Source of the DNA: a virus
Strand: one strand, 5' to 3'
Virus record (IMG/VR): IMGVR_UViG_3300020187_000010
DNA: 64,000 nucleotides
The notes below the pieces were generated by a model, which saw only the letters and a list, made by a program, of their open reading frames with translations, did no database searches and was not told the origin of the DNA. Shown here one piece after another: positions 44,960 through 54,293 of this stretch. A program made the translations under genes and the position numbers. Each line of letters begins with the position of its first letter. Position 1 is the first letter of the stretch.

Positions 44960-45505
44960 CTAAGGAGATACAAACCAAGTTGGTGTCTCGCGTTTTGTCC
45001 ATTTGGCAAAGTACTTTTTCTCCTGTACATAGTAGGTACGGTATCCGTCAACTACACTATCTCTTTTACATTCGTCAGGCATACACTGTGGCATAACTGA
45101 CTCATAGGCGGTCTGTTTGATGTTCTTAGGCGCAAACCATAACATACCGGATAGTTTGTCGTAGGTCGCATGAACACGTCCATACCGGTGTTCATACTCC
45201 TTTGCAGTGGCCTTGAAGTGTTTGTATAACCAACGATAGTTCTTATCGTTCTCGCGACACCAGATGTTAGATGGGTGGTTGACATGAGATGCCTTGTACA
45301 ACAACTCCTCACGTGCAGATTCTGTAACCCTCCACCGTTTGATTTTACTACCGTTCTTGGTCTTGTCCAAATACAACTCACCATCCAGTACACGATGTGC
45401 GGTAGACAGTAGTTGACCATATTCGATAACCATCTTGACTACATGTTTGTCACACATCAACTGTGCAGCTTTCACAGGATCATCATCTAATCGAAATACA
45501 TTCAT
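44960..45505 (-). CDS. Pyrimidine-dimer DNA glycosylase/DenV-family-like protein
   Basis: MNVF.LD.DP..AA...CDKHVVKM..E..QLLSTAHR.LDG, H.NHPSNIW, YR.YY. Confidence 0.75.
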   Translation of the reverse strand: MNVFRLDDDPVKAAQLMCDKHVVKMVIEYGQLLSTAHRVLDGELYLDKTKNGSKIKRWRVTESAREELLYKASHVNHPSNIWCRENDKNYRWLYKHFKATAKEYEHRYGRVHATYDKLSGMLWFAPKNIKQTAYESVMPQCMPDECKRDSVVDGYRTYYVQEKKYFAKWTKRETPTWFVSP

Positions 45506-45801
45506 TAATCAAAGTCCTCACAATCCCAAACACAAGAAACGATATTCTCTACATTAATAATGGGCAATTTTAATTCCGTGGCGATTTGAATGGTGGTATA
45601 TCCATCTTCGTACATACCAATAACATTTGATACAACCGTACTTGCACTATCATAAAAATCATCATCAAGGTTCCAACGTCCACCGGTACGTCTCTCTTCT
45701 TTCTTACGGTCAACCATAACCGCAGACTTGTTGAAACGTTTAGCGAACTTAGCGACAGGATTGGAGGTCTTACCCAATCCATGTTTCTTTTTATTCGTCA
45801 T
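45505..45801 (-). CDS. Hypothetical protein
   Basis: NPVAKFAKRFNKS...DRKK motif; purine-rich SD. Confidence 0.6.
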   Translation of the reverse strand: MTNKKKHGLGKTSNPVAKFAKRFNKSAVMVDRKKEERRTGGRWNLDDDFYDSASTVVSNVIGMYEDGYTTIQIATELKLPIINVENIVSCVWDCEDFD

Positions 45802-45887
45802 TTCCTTTCCCCTTTACCTCCCACCATACTACCATAAGTAAACAGAATATGGCAAGAGAAATAATATCAGAAAAAAGAAACTCACCA

Positions 45888-46247
45888 CTAATCATTGTTA
45901 TACAACCCATAGTAAGTCTTACCAAAGATGCGGTATGCTTCTTTGTCTTTCACAACGTAGACTTCACGGAGACGACCAACATAACCAACACGAACAACCG
46001 TGTCGTAATCGATAGTTCCGTCACGCATCATCATGCGGAGGATCAAGTCATACTTCAAACCAATTGCGGAATTCAAAAGTTCACCAACTTTATATTTTTC
46101 ACGACCGAGTTGGATCTCTTTGTCAACGACAGGGCGTTCACCAAGTGCGTGAGAGACTTTCATATCACAAGTCAAGTCCATTCCCATGAACATAGAACGT
46201 TCACCAGTAGAACCGTACACAACATTACAAGTATATTGATTAAACAT
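45888..46247 (-). CDS. Hypothetical protein
   Basis: 119-aa ORF, TAATG-coupled, GAGG SD. Confidence 0.6.
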   Translation of the reverse strand: MFNQYTCNVVYGSTGERSMFMGMDLTCDMKVSHALGERPVVDKEIQLGREKYKVGELLNSAIGLKYDLILRMMMRDGTIDYDTVVRVGYVGRLREVYVVKDKEAYRIFGKTYYGLYNND

Positions 46248-46414
46248 TATTTATCTTCCTCTTCAATTTTATTACCATAGTAGTCGTTTTTACCTTCACG
46301 CATACCTTTTCGAATTTCGTCTCTTTCATACATCGCAGCGAGAGAACCACTGACCAAAAACACCGCAAAAATAACTACCAACAACCAAGTTAGTATATTA
46401 GTTAACAATTCCAT
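46247..46414 (-). CDS. Small membrane protein
   Basis: MELLTNILTWLLVVIFAVFLVSG hydrophobic segment; GGAGG SD. Confidence 0.6.
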   Translation of the reverse strand: MELLTNILTWLLVVIFAVFLVSGSLAAMYERDEIRKGMREGKNDYYGNKIEEEDK

Positions 46415-46557
46415 TACTTCACCTCCACCTGATCGACCCAAGCAACATCACGTTCAAGATAAGTATGTCTGTAGTTAAGGGCATCGACCATAGTGTCGAA
46501 CATCTTACAGTTTATTAACTGGTCATTAACAACGTTTCTCAATACATATTTAATCAT
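46414..46557 (-). CDS. Small early hypothetical protein (47 aa)
   Basis: Manual translation MIKYVLRNVVNDQLINCKMF...; directly below a promoter cassette; TAATG coupling. Confidence 0.55.
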   Translation of the reverse strand: MIKYVLRNVVNDQLINCKMFDTMVDALNYRHTYLERDVAWVDQVEVK

Positions 46558-46563
46558 AACTTT

Positions 46564-46662
46564 CTCTCTCATCTCAATAGGGTACTATTATCTCATTATT
46601 AGAACAAGAATGCAACACTTATTTCACTTATTTTTAGAACATTTTGTTATAAGCATATAACT
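46564..46662 (-). promoter_or_regulatory. Early promoter cassette copy 1 (near-palindrome + TTGCAT-N17-GATAAT + conserved leader)
   Basis: Shares 28-nt and 32-nt blocks with the copy at 46871-46959. Confidence 0.7.
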
Positions 46663-46867
46663 CATCGTTTGGTATCGTTTGGTAGAGGAAAGAGAAAATG
46701 TTGTCAGTCTCTTGTGAAGTATTGGCTGCATCGACAACTACCATGTCAACGTTATCATTGTCATACCAATCCATCTTGTTGGTGAAGCGGTCTGCAACAC
46801 GATTGAAGTAGAACACGTGAGTATCATCAGTCTTGGCGTAATTGAATATTCTGTCTTTCATAATCAT
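46634..46867 (-). CDS. Early hypothetical protein
   Basis: ORF between two promoter cassettes; start taken after the GAGAGAG leader. Confidence 0.6.
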   Translation of the reverse strand: MIMKDRIFNYAKTDDTHVFYFNRVADRFTNKMDWYDNDNVDMVVVDAANTSQETDNIFSFLYQTIPNDELYAYNKMF

Positions 46868-46870
46868 CTT

Positions 46871-46959
46871 CTCTCTCATCTCAATAGGGTACTATTATAC
46901 CACCACTCTATGTATCACACAACCCCTTTTTTAGAACATTTTGTTATATGCATATAACT
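46871..46959 (-). promoter_or_regulatory. Early promoter cassette copy 2 (palindrome GTTATATGCATATAAC + TTGTGT-N17-TATAAT, extended -10)
   Basis: Direct repeat of copy 1. Confidence 0.7.
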
Positions 46960-47019
46960 TTTTCGAATATGGAACGAGAGTGGGATACTATATTGGGTAG
47001 GTGAACCCACCCCTTGGTA

Positions 47020-47202
47020 CTATAATCCAATGAGACCCCACCCATGATTCGCTATAGCATTGAGGATGATAAAGATACAAGTCGCCATATGAGTACACCA
47101 CCACACAGTCCTAATGCCAGCAACAGTATTAGCTTGGGTATCAGTTTCTCCGACCTTTTCACCTAGACTCTTCGCCCATATTCTCCACCACTTATGTATC
47201 AT
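47020..47202 (-). CDS. Small conserved phage membrane protein
   Basis: WRIWAKSLGEK...D..A..VA.IRT motif plus hydrophobic C-terminus. Confidence 0.6.
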   Translation of the reverse strand: MIHKWWRIWAKSLGEKVGETDTQANTVAGIRTVWWCTHMATCIFIILNAIANHGWGLIGL

Positions 47203-47479
47203 ACAAACCCAAATATTGGTCAACTCTACTTATTACTTCTAAGTTAAACTCCGCTACATCACGTTCACTAAGCAACTTTTCTTTCTGTGCTTGGATGCCA
47301 ATACCTATTTTATTATAATCATTAATGACGCATTCATACTTACCACCACGCCACATCTCTTCAACAACACATGCTTCACACGCATCATGTAGGTTATCAT
47401 AAACACCGACTACGTAGGAGTGATTTTCTCTATCACCCCAACGTAATGCTTCAACTACATAATATTCGGTCATCTTCAT
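47192..47479 (-). CDS. Hypothetical protein
   Basis: YYVVEALRWGDRENHSYVVGVY...RGGKY. Confidence 0.65.
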   Translation of the reverse strand: MKMTEYYVVEALRWGDRENHSYVVGVYDNLHDACEACVVEEMWRGGKYECVINDYNKIGIGIQAQKEKLLSERDVAEFNLEVISRVDQYLGLYDT

Positions 47480-47668
47480 TTAACCTTCTCTCAAGAATTG
47501 CCTAACAACAATCTGGTTCTGCACTACTTCTTTCATGTAGCTGTAGTTGGGATGATTCTTATAGAGGGTCTCGAACTGTTCCATGATAGTTTCGTTTGTT
47601 GCACCCATGTAGACCAACGGGTCTACGAACTCTTGAACTTCTAATACTAACGTACTCATTGCAGACAT
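47480..47668 (-). CDS. Hypothetical protein
   Basis: 62-aa ORF with GAGG SD below a sigma70 promoter. Confidence 0.6.
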   Translation of the reverse strand: MSAMSTLVLEVQEFVDPLVYMGATNETIMEQFETLYKNHPNYSYMKEVVQNQIVVRQFLREG

Positions 47669-47694
47669 AATACTTTCCTCAGTTATCTTAGATA

Positions 47695-47733
47695 ATTATA
47701 TAGTATTTCTGTAGGTAAGGCAACATATAAATA
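47695..47733. promoter_or_regulatory. Divergent promoters: TTGCCT-N17-TATAAT (minus, 47695-47723) and late TATAAATA (plus, 47726-47733)
   Basis: Consensus matches between divergent genes. Confidence 0.6.
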
Positions 47734-47761
47734 AAAGAAAATGAAAAATAAAGGTATAAAT

Positions 47762-48025
47762 ATGAGTGACGACATTTTTGATTTCGGTTTCACTATAGTT
47801 GACGAGGATGAACTGGATGCGGTTCAAGAGGCGCAGACAGCTGCCAATGAAAATTCTACGACTGTTAGCGAACTCGAAAAACGTTTAGACAATCTGTTCA
47901 ATGCGGTACAACCTCTACTAAACAACTTGAAACAGAATCCCCAGAAAGATTATATTCTGTGGCCTAATCGTCTTGAGAAAATAGAACAATTCGAAGACCA
48001 TATACAAAACATTTATAAAGGGTAA
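47762..48025 (+). CDS. Conserved T4-like hypothetical protein
   Basis: FDFGFT.VDE.EL...PLLNNL..NP.KDYI.WPNR. Confidence 0.75.
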   Translation: MSDDIFDFGFTIVDEDELDAVQEAQTAANENSTTVSELEKRLDNLFNAVQPLLNNLKQNPQKDYILWPNRLEKIEQFEDHIQNIYKG

Positions 48026-48028
48026 CCC

Positions 48029-48904
48029 ATGTATTATAGGACAGCAAACGAGCTCGTTATCAATTCACCTAGAGTGAACAGTACATCTATGAGTAGATAT
48101 ATTCACCGTGACATGAAAAAGGATGTGTGGGGTAGACTCAACTTTCTGATAGGGGGCGAAGTTAGAAAAAACGATCTGAACCTGAGATGGCATGACGCGG
48201 ATGCAAATACTGTCAATGACGTGTTTAACTATGTCCCTATGATATTAAACTATATCGCACTAAAGGGTTACCGTAAGATACTGTTTGTCGGTCATTACAA
48301 TTCGGCACAGACTAGTTGGACATTCCAACGTGGTAGTGATCGCCAGATACATAAGACTCCTTCAGTGAAGTCTCTCGAAGATACTATGGTAGATCCTAAT
48401 GTATGGACACAGTTTATTCCCATTGTTAAGATGGAATACAAATATAACATAGAAATGCATACTGTAGTACCAACCGAACTCAGACATAGAAAATTGATGC
48501 ACTCTTTATATAAAAGATATGAAATCGATTTGATACCGGCAGATAAACAATACAAAGGTGGCCAAGAAACCCTTGGACTAACACCACCACCAGATACATC
48601 ATATGATTGTGTTATACTTGCAGGTGTTCCTAAAGAGACCGAAGATACTGCTTTCACTTATCATCATGTGAAATCAGTATTCGCACCGTACTGTGATGAA
48701 TCTTTTGATATAATAGATATCAATTATCAAGACCCAGACAAAGCAAAGTATATTGAAGGCGCGATAGAAGAGAATAGTGAATGGTTGAATCAGGTGTTTG
48801 TGAACCGTTCTATTTGGGACAGTAAGTTCAGAGAAATGTCAGAAGAGGATCGTGCCATTGAATATTCGATACTCAATGACATGATCCGGTGTCACAAAGG
48901 TTAG
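48029..48904 (+). CDS. Hypothetical protein (291 aa)
   Basis: Long ORF directly following the previous gene. Confidence 0.7.
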   Translation: MYYRTANELVINSPRVNSTSMSRYIHRDMKKDVWGRLNFLIGGEVRKNDLNLRWHDADANTVNDVFNYVPMILNYIALKGYRKILFVGHYNSAQTSWTFQRGSDRQIHKTPSVKSLEDTMVDPNVWTQFIPIVKMEYKYNIEMHTVVPTELRHRKLMHSLYKRYEIDLIPADKQYKGGQETLGLTPPPDTSYDCVILAGVPKETEDTAFTYHHVKSVFAPYCDESFDIIDINYQDPDKAKYIEGAIEENSEWLNQVFVNRSIWDSKFREMSEEDRAIEYSILNDMIRCHKG

Positions 48905-49773
48905 TTCCAGTCTACGTTCTTAGGTACATAACCTGCGATCTTAGAACGAATCTCTTTATCTAATTTGTCAACGGGAGTAGGTGGTTTACCTGCTCTCTTG
49001 ACATAGAAGTAGTTTGCGTCTTTGACGTATGAACCACCCTTACCAGACTTCGCCAGATTCGCATCTACACCAACTTTGTTGAATGCGAATACGATATCCC
49101 CATCCATATACTTCTTGAGTTTGTTACCCATGTTGATGATATCACCCATAGTGTTAGCTGCACCACGGTGAGTGTTAACAAGAATCTCGGTAGGTACAAC
49201 ACGTGCACGTTTCGCATTCTGTGCCTTCGCAACTTCGATATCATTCACAACCCATACGATATGGATGTTCTTTTTATCGTAACCTAACTTAGACGCATCG
49301 TTCGCAACCTTCTCCAACTTAGACAATTCCTTGAAGGTCATGTCGAAGATGATGTTTGGTTTACGATCAGCAGGCGCGGTCAATACTGAACGATAGAATA
49401 ACTTCTCTTTGTTCTTATCAGTCTTTAGATAGATACCAATGATTTCGTGTAGTTTCTCTACATTCTTAGGATCTTTCAGGTTCTGTGACAATTTAAAAAT
49501 ATCCACACCGAGTTCATCCATGACTCGTTTCTGGATCGCAGGTGTCTTAGCTGCAAGTTTCTTCAACTCATCCACATCGAAAGTCTTTCCTTCGATACCT
49601 ACCAGATTACTCAGAATGAATCCTTTACCAGAACCCGCACCACCGGCCATGATAACAATGTTACCAAACTTAGGGTATGCTTTACCACCAAAGGTAATGA
49701 GTTTTTCAAGTAACGCTTCCGATTCTTCTGAAAGGAAGGTCTCTTCTTTTAAGAATGTGTTAAAAGATTGCAT
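48901..49773 (-). CDS. P-loop kinase/NTPase (AAA_33/zeta-like) with capsid-targeting-like leader
   Basis: IMAGGAGSGKG Walker A, IIFDMT, NAKRARVVP lid; N-terminus MQSFNTFLKEE. Confidence 0.75.
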   Translation of the reverse strand: MQSFNTFLKEETFLSEESEALLEKLITFGGKAYPKFGNIVIMAGGAGSGKGFILSNLVGIEGKTFDVDELKKLAAKTPAIQKRVMDELGVDIFKLSQNLKDPKNVEKLHEIIGIYLKTDKNKEKLFYRSVLTAPADRKPNIIFDMTFKELSKLEKVANDASKLGYDKKNIHIVWVVNDIEVAKAQNAKRARVVPTEILVNTHRGAANTMGDIINMGNKLKKYMDGDIVFAFNKVGVDANLAKSGKGGSYVKDANYFYVKRAGKPPTPVDKLDKEIRSKIAGYVPKNVDWN

Positions 49774-49807
49774 TTAAATTATGTTCCCGAATGTTATTTT
49801 ATAAGTG

Positions 49808-49815
49808 TATTTATA
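49808..49815 (-). promoter_or_regulatory. T4-type late promoter TATAAATA
   Basis: Exact consensus upstream of the kinase. Confidence 0.65.
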
Positions 49816-49959
49816 CAAAACAGGCAATCAAGAATGCAACACCACACCAAATAAGTACGTTGGGTCGGAACTCCCAAACAGTTTTAAAATCAACACAAGT
49901 GTACTTTATAAACTCACCGAACTTTTTACTGATTTCTATCACATCATCTATACTAGGCA

Positions 49960-50589
49960 TTATTTTTTCTCCACAACTATTTTGACATTATCCCCTACAG
50001 GGAATTTCAGTTTACTATGACTATGATACAGGAAAAACGTGGTCTTGTCAAACTCTTCGAACATCTTTGTCCAAATAGGTCTCCAGTTATTTGCGAGACG
50101 ATGTGTGTTCTGTGAACTTCGATCTGATTCTAATAACAAGTCAGTATAACTACGGAGACTTGTATCGAACATGGAATCGAATCCGTAGATGTGGACTTCA
50201 GTCGCCTTCTGTACACGACATGCGTAGTCTACTGCCATATGACCACACGAGTAATTTGTCGCAGCCTGTGCTTCGTTCTGTCCTTGTAGTTTCGCATAAG
50301 ACGGGATATGTGTGTGCATTGCCTTGATCTTCTGCGCATACTTCAGATAGAATGCGGGTTGCATTTCCATCCAGTGACGTGGACGGGTACCCAATATCCA
50401 ATCATACATATCCAATTTGATATGACCATTGGCGAGTGCTAACATCATCTTATAGTCAACCATACAAGTAGCGAACACTTCATTGTTCGGAATCTCGAAT
50501 GGGGGCATATTGCAGATCAGGAGTTTACCTTCGGTACCTCTTTCGAACCGAAAGGCATTATCACCATTGCCTAAGATATTCCATCTCAT
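49960..50589 (-). CDS. Glycosyltransferase-like protein (DUF115/GT29-like motifs)
   Basis: ILGNG, ICN, YSCGHMA, VHIYGFD. Confidence 0.5.
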   Translation of the reverse strand: MRWNILGNGDNAFRFERGTEGKLLICNMPPFEIPNNEVFATCMVDYKMMLALANGHIKLDMYDWILGTRPRHWMEMQPAFYLKYAQKIKAMHTHIPSYAKLQGQNEAQAATNYSCGHMAVDYACRVQKATEVHIYGFDSMFDTSLRSYTDLLLESDRSSQNTHRLANNWRPIWTKMFEEFDKTTFFLYHSHSKLKFPVGDNVKIVVEKK

Positions 50590-51014
50590 GCTTCGAATCC
50601 ATGTTCTTCAATTAATATTTTACGATTACGCAAATGTTCATCTTCGATATCATCCTTGGATTGTCCGTGGTACGCAACCGCAAGATGGTCTCGAATCATA
50701 ATCTCATTAACGGTCATTTGTCGGTCGGTTTTTGCGTCATAGACGAGGAACTCTCCGAGGATTCGGCCGTACTTTCCTTTACTGTCGAGTCTTGTACGGA
50801 GGACAGATGTTTCTCCCAGTGACTCCGCAAGGAATCTGGAGGCGAGTTTACCAAACTTTTTCTCGATAGGGTCACGAGTACGAGACTCGGGAGTATCAAT
50901 ACCGTATAGGCGAATACGCTGATTAGCATAAATGATACCGAAACCAAGATCAATATCGACATCCACAGTATCACCATCAACAACTCTAACAATTTTGCAA
51001 GAATATTCATACAT
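50586..51014 (-). CDS. Thermonuclease (SNase family)
   Basis: RVVDGDTVDVDIDLGF, RIRLYGIDTPESRT, GKYGRILG. Confidence 0.9.
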   Translation of the reverse strand: MYEYSCKIVRVVDGDTVDVDIDLGFGIIYANQRIRLYGIDTPESRTRDPIEKKFGKLASRFLAESLGETSVLRTRLDSKGKYGRILGEFLVYDAKTDRQMTVNEIMIRDHLAVAYHGQSKDDIEDEHLRNRKILIEEHGFEA

Positions 51015-51211
51015 TAAAAGTACCTCTCCAAAATCTCTAACTGTTCATGGTAGTCCGCAATGATCTTCAACTCGTGTTCTATCGCTTCCATCACATCAGG
51101 ATGTTCACCAATACCGGTAGGATTGGCCAAGTAAACTTCCACGTTCATTTTATGTTTGTTAATCTTACCCACCGCATGGGATGTCAACGACTCAATTATC
51201 TGTTTTCTCAT
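51014..51211 (-). CDS. Conserved small phage protein
   Basis: H..G.I.KH..NVEVYL.NP.GIGEHPD. Confidence 0.7.
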   Translation of the reverse strand: MRKQIIESLTSHAVGKINKHKMNVEVYLANPTGIGEHPDVMEAIEHELKIIADYHEQLEILERYF

Positions 51212-51608
51212 TCTCTACAACCTCTGGTTCATCTGTATTCATAGTGCGATAGTATATCACAACTTCCTTCAGTTGATTTATATATCGTTTTATTTCCTGC
51301 ATGTTATATGCCATCAACTCATAATCACCTACCGACATTGCAACAAAGACTAATTGTCCTTCGTGTCGTTTCGCAATATCTTCTAGAAAAGTGTCAATGT
51401 TCTTGTCACTGACCACATACCACCGAGGATCTTTGAGGTCAATCTGTCTAGGCATTGGGGGATGGATAATAGGAACCTTTATCTCTACCGTCTTAATCTC
51501 TACTGGTATAGGTTCTGGTACTTTACCCCAGTTACCTAGTGTTGTACAACCACTACTTATCAGTGTTATCAATAACAGCAGTGTCGTTTTCGATACTGTC
51601 GAATACAT
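51192..51608 (-). CDS. o-spanin (Rz1-like lipoprotein)
   Basis: Lipobox LISSGC after a hydrophobic stretch; Pro-rich; overlaps the upstream i-spanin. Confidence 0.7.
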   Translation of the reverse strand: MYSTVSKTTLLLLITLISSGCTTLGNWGKVPEPIPVEIKTVEIKVPIIHPPMPRQIDLKDPRWYVVSDKNIDTFLEDIAKRHEGQLVFVAMSVGDYELMAYNMQEIKRYINQLKEVVIYYRTMNTDEPEVVENEKTDN

Positions 51609-51948
51609 CTTTAGTTCCTCGGTTGATTCTTGTTTCTATCAGAGTCGGTTTTGCAGCTGCAAGTCGTGATAGGTTATGTCGTGCAAAGATTGCAAGGTAT
51701 CGTTTAGACTCTGCCTCAATCTCTGCATTACGAGAGGACATCGCATTCAATGCTTCGGAAGTCTTCTGTAGGTTATTCTGTAACGCTTCTATCGTCTTTA
51801 CTTGTTCTTGTTCACGTAACTCTTGTGCCGCAAGAAGTACCTGTTGTTGTACAACTTGACCCAACAAAGGTTTGTGTATGAACTGATAGAATCCTGCAAA
51901 CGTGATACCCATACAAAGTATCACTCCTAATAATATTTTACTGAACAT
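51553..51948 (-). CDS. i-spanin (Rz-like)
   Basis: N-terminal TM helix followed by a coiled coil; AAAKP.LIE.RIN. Confidence 0.7.
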   Translation of the reverse strand: MFSKILLGVILCMGITFAGFYQFIHKPLLGQVVQQQVLLAAQELREQEQVKTIEALQNNLQKTSEALNAMSSRNAEIEAESKRYLAIFARHNLSRLAAAKPTLIETRINRGTKDVFDSIENDTAVIDNTDK

Positions 51949-52654
51949 CGTGCCACGCCTTCTTTATATACGGTAAGTATTCCAATTCGTGTGGTTTTGG
52001 TTTACCACCACAATCCACAATCTTACAACCACTTGGAATATATTTAGGGAATATCCAATTACCCAAAACCTTACTACCAAGATGAAACTTCAGGTTGAGT
52101 TTGAGGTTTTGATTGAACTCTTCGTCCATATAGTAGATCTCAGAGTAACCGCCTGGTTTCCATTCTTCGAGTAGACGACCTGTCCATACTTGGTCACCCC
52201 CATCATAGTCAAACAGTCTCCAACTATCCAAGTTGAACAACTCCCAAACTTCCTGCATCTTACCACTTTTCAGAACCATCATCGAAGAACTGAACTTGTT
52301 ATTTTTCCAACCAATAGCATCGGATACACATGCGACCTTAACAACTTCACTCTCTAGGGCAAGGATTGCCTCTCGTATCTCGTCATCAAAGTTCTTTATC
52401 AATACAGTGTCAATATCAAGATAGACAGCATATCCATCATAGAATGAATCATATGCTTTCATCTTATTCCACCAACCTTTACCTGCACCAAAAGGTGGTT
52501 CGATGGTATTTGCGATATCCGAAATCTCATCTGGTCGGTCGGTGATGCACCACGCCTCCACTTTGTAACCACTCAACTCTTTGAATCGAGTGATCAACTT
52601 ACGTGCGTATACCATTGGGTATTGATCTGTACATACAGTAATTAAGTTAATCAT
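51938..52654 (-). CDS. Glycosyltransferase (GT-A, GT8-like)
   Basis: GWWNKM, YLDIDTV (DxD), FSSSMM, GGDQ, GKPKP; start at MINLITV. Confidence 0.8.
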   Translation of the reverse strand: MINLITVCTDQYPMVYARKLITRFKELSGYKVEAWCITDRPDEISDIANTIEPPFGAGKGWWNKMKAYDSFYDGYAVYLDIDTVLIKNFDDEIREAILALESEVVKVACVSDAIGWKNNKFSSSMMVLKSGKMQEVWELFNLDSWRLFDYDGGDQVWTGRLLEEWKPGGYSEIYYMDEEFNQNLKLNLKFHLGSKVLGNWIFPKYIPSGCKIVDCGGKPKPHELEYLPYIKKAWHDVQ

Positions 52655-53304
52655 GCGTCTACCAAGTGTATCCCTTTTCCATAGTTGTGTTTTGCTAAAC
52701 AACCCTGTTGATTCTGAATAGTACTGAAAGAATCATCGACCACTACAGGCCATGGGTAATACTCTTCTAACCAAGGGAAGTTCATTATATTAAGATAGAT
52801 GTCTGTGGGTCGAGAATAGTCAGAGACCTTTTCTAGAAACTCTTCTGCACCAGAAGGTCTGACAATATAAGAGTGTGCACCCTTAAAGTAATCTGCCTGT
52901 ACTAACGGAGACGTACCTAGTGTCATCGGTGTCTTAAACTTACCGTAACTAGGTTGTCCAATTGTCACACACTTATGGAATCCAAACAATACCGGAACAC
53001 GACCAGTGAATATTGCATCGTGTTCTAATATCATCACATCTTGTTTGGTCTCGACTGAATACTTCCATAGTGACATATGTGAAAGGAAACACGCAAGTGC
53101 ATTCTCGGTCTTGGAATAACCGCCCTGAAACATATGAACCTGAAGACCCGCATCCTTGACCATAGACTCGAAGTCTGGATGTCTAGGTGTTACTGCATAC
53201 CACTTCTCAACTTTGATACCGTATCGTTTGGCACTTGCAATACACCTATCCGCAGCTTGTTGGGATAGGTGATTGTCTTCAATCGTAATAACGAAAGACT
53301 TCAC
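52651..53304 (-). CDS. Glycosyltransferase family 25
   Basis: ACFLSHMSLW, ILEHDA, GAHSYIV.P.GA, PTD. Confidence 0.8.
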   Translation of the reverse strand: MKSFVITIEDNHLSQQAADRCIASAKRYGIKVEKWYAVTPRHPDFESMVKDAGLQVHMFQGGYSKTENALACFLSHMSLWKYSVETKQDVMILEHDAIFTGRVPVLFGFHKCVTIGQPSYGKFKTPMTLGTSPLVQADYFKGAHSYIVRPSGAEEFLEKVSDYSRPTDIYLNIMNFPWLEEYYPWPVVVDDSFSTIQNQQGCLAKHNYGKGIHLVDA

Positions 53305-53574
53305 TTATCCGTCCACTTTCAACCGGATAAATTCGTACTTAATAATCGCCATCTTCTTACCATCAATCTCTACTGGCATTGCTTCTGACCAATTACAATA
53401 TACCTTATCACCTGCTGCAATCTCTTTCTTATTTGCAACTTCTAGTCCCATCGCAACAACACGAGCAGGTTTATTACCTGTCGTAATATCTGCGGAAAGA
53501 ATCAGTCCACCGGCAGTAGTTGTTTCTTTTGCATCATCTTCTGTCAATAAAACATTATCGTGTAAAACTTTCAT
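53305..53574 (-). CDS. groES: GroES-like co-chaperonin
   Basis: MKVLHDNVL....E.TTAGGLIL...ARVVAMG...GDKV. Confidence 0.85.
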   Translation of the reverse strand: MKVLHDNVLLTEDDAKETTTAGGLILSADITTGNKPARVVAMGLEVANKKEIAAGDKVYCNWSEAMPVEIDGKKMAIIKYEFIRLKVDG

Positions 53575-53579
53575 TCAAA

Positions 53580-54293
53580 TCACCTTGTTGTTGTAGATAC
53601 AGTTCCCTGCACCTTAGTATAATATGGATACACCACTCGTATCCAAGGAAATAATTCACGACACATATACGCATCGTTGGGCCACATTCCATATTCCTTG
53701 ACCTTCTCAAGTAACATAGATGCGCCATCTGGTTCTATATAGTATGCACTGTTACCTGCAATACCTTGGGGAGACATCTCGCCCGGATCGTTAATACGTG
53801 GTGCGGGTTGGACATCTGGTGTAGAAGCAACGATCTGGTGAAACAATCCTGCTCGTCTTGTCGCACCTCTAGGATCATTCAACCCAACCAGTTTATATCC
53901 TTCCACGTCACTGACATCAAACTTTCGAGTCATGAGGGCATCCGATTCAAATATAATTATAGGTTCGTTGATAGTCAGACATAGATCCCATAGACGCATA
54001 TGACTGATCGAACATGCCTCTTTTTTCTCTTGATTCGATGCGAGATACGCAGTCTTCATTATACCAGTCCGCAAATCCATGTGGTTTTCCGAAGGATCTT
54101 TGGGCCAGTTCCATCTATAGTTAGAAGTATTGAAAGACGTGAACTCTCGTTCTAGGTGAGACTGTATCGTCTTCGGTACAGTTCCCTCGAAGATGTTCAG
54201 ATCGATATCACTTTCGGTCTTGACGATACTCTCAGACAACCTCTCAACTGACTTCTCTTGTCCATCAATTCTTATCACATATGCTTTAATCAT
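53580..54293 (-). CDS. Glycosyltransferase family 25
   Basis: KAYVI, ACSISHMRLW, IFESDA, GNSAYYI.P.GA, PND. Confidence 0.8.
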   Translation of the reverse strand: MIKAYVIRIDGQEKSVERLSESIVKTESDIDLNIFEGTVPKTIQSHLEREFTSFNTSNYRWNWPKDPSENHMDLRTGIMKTAYLASNQEKKEACSISHMRLWDLCLTINEPIIIFESDALMTRKFDVSDVEGYKLVGLNDPRGATRRAGLFHQIVASTPDVQPAPRINDPGEMSPQGIAGNSAYYIEPDGASMLLEKVKEYGMWPNDAYMCRELFPWIRVVYPYYTKVQGTVSTTTR

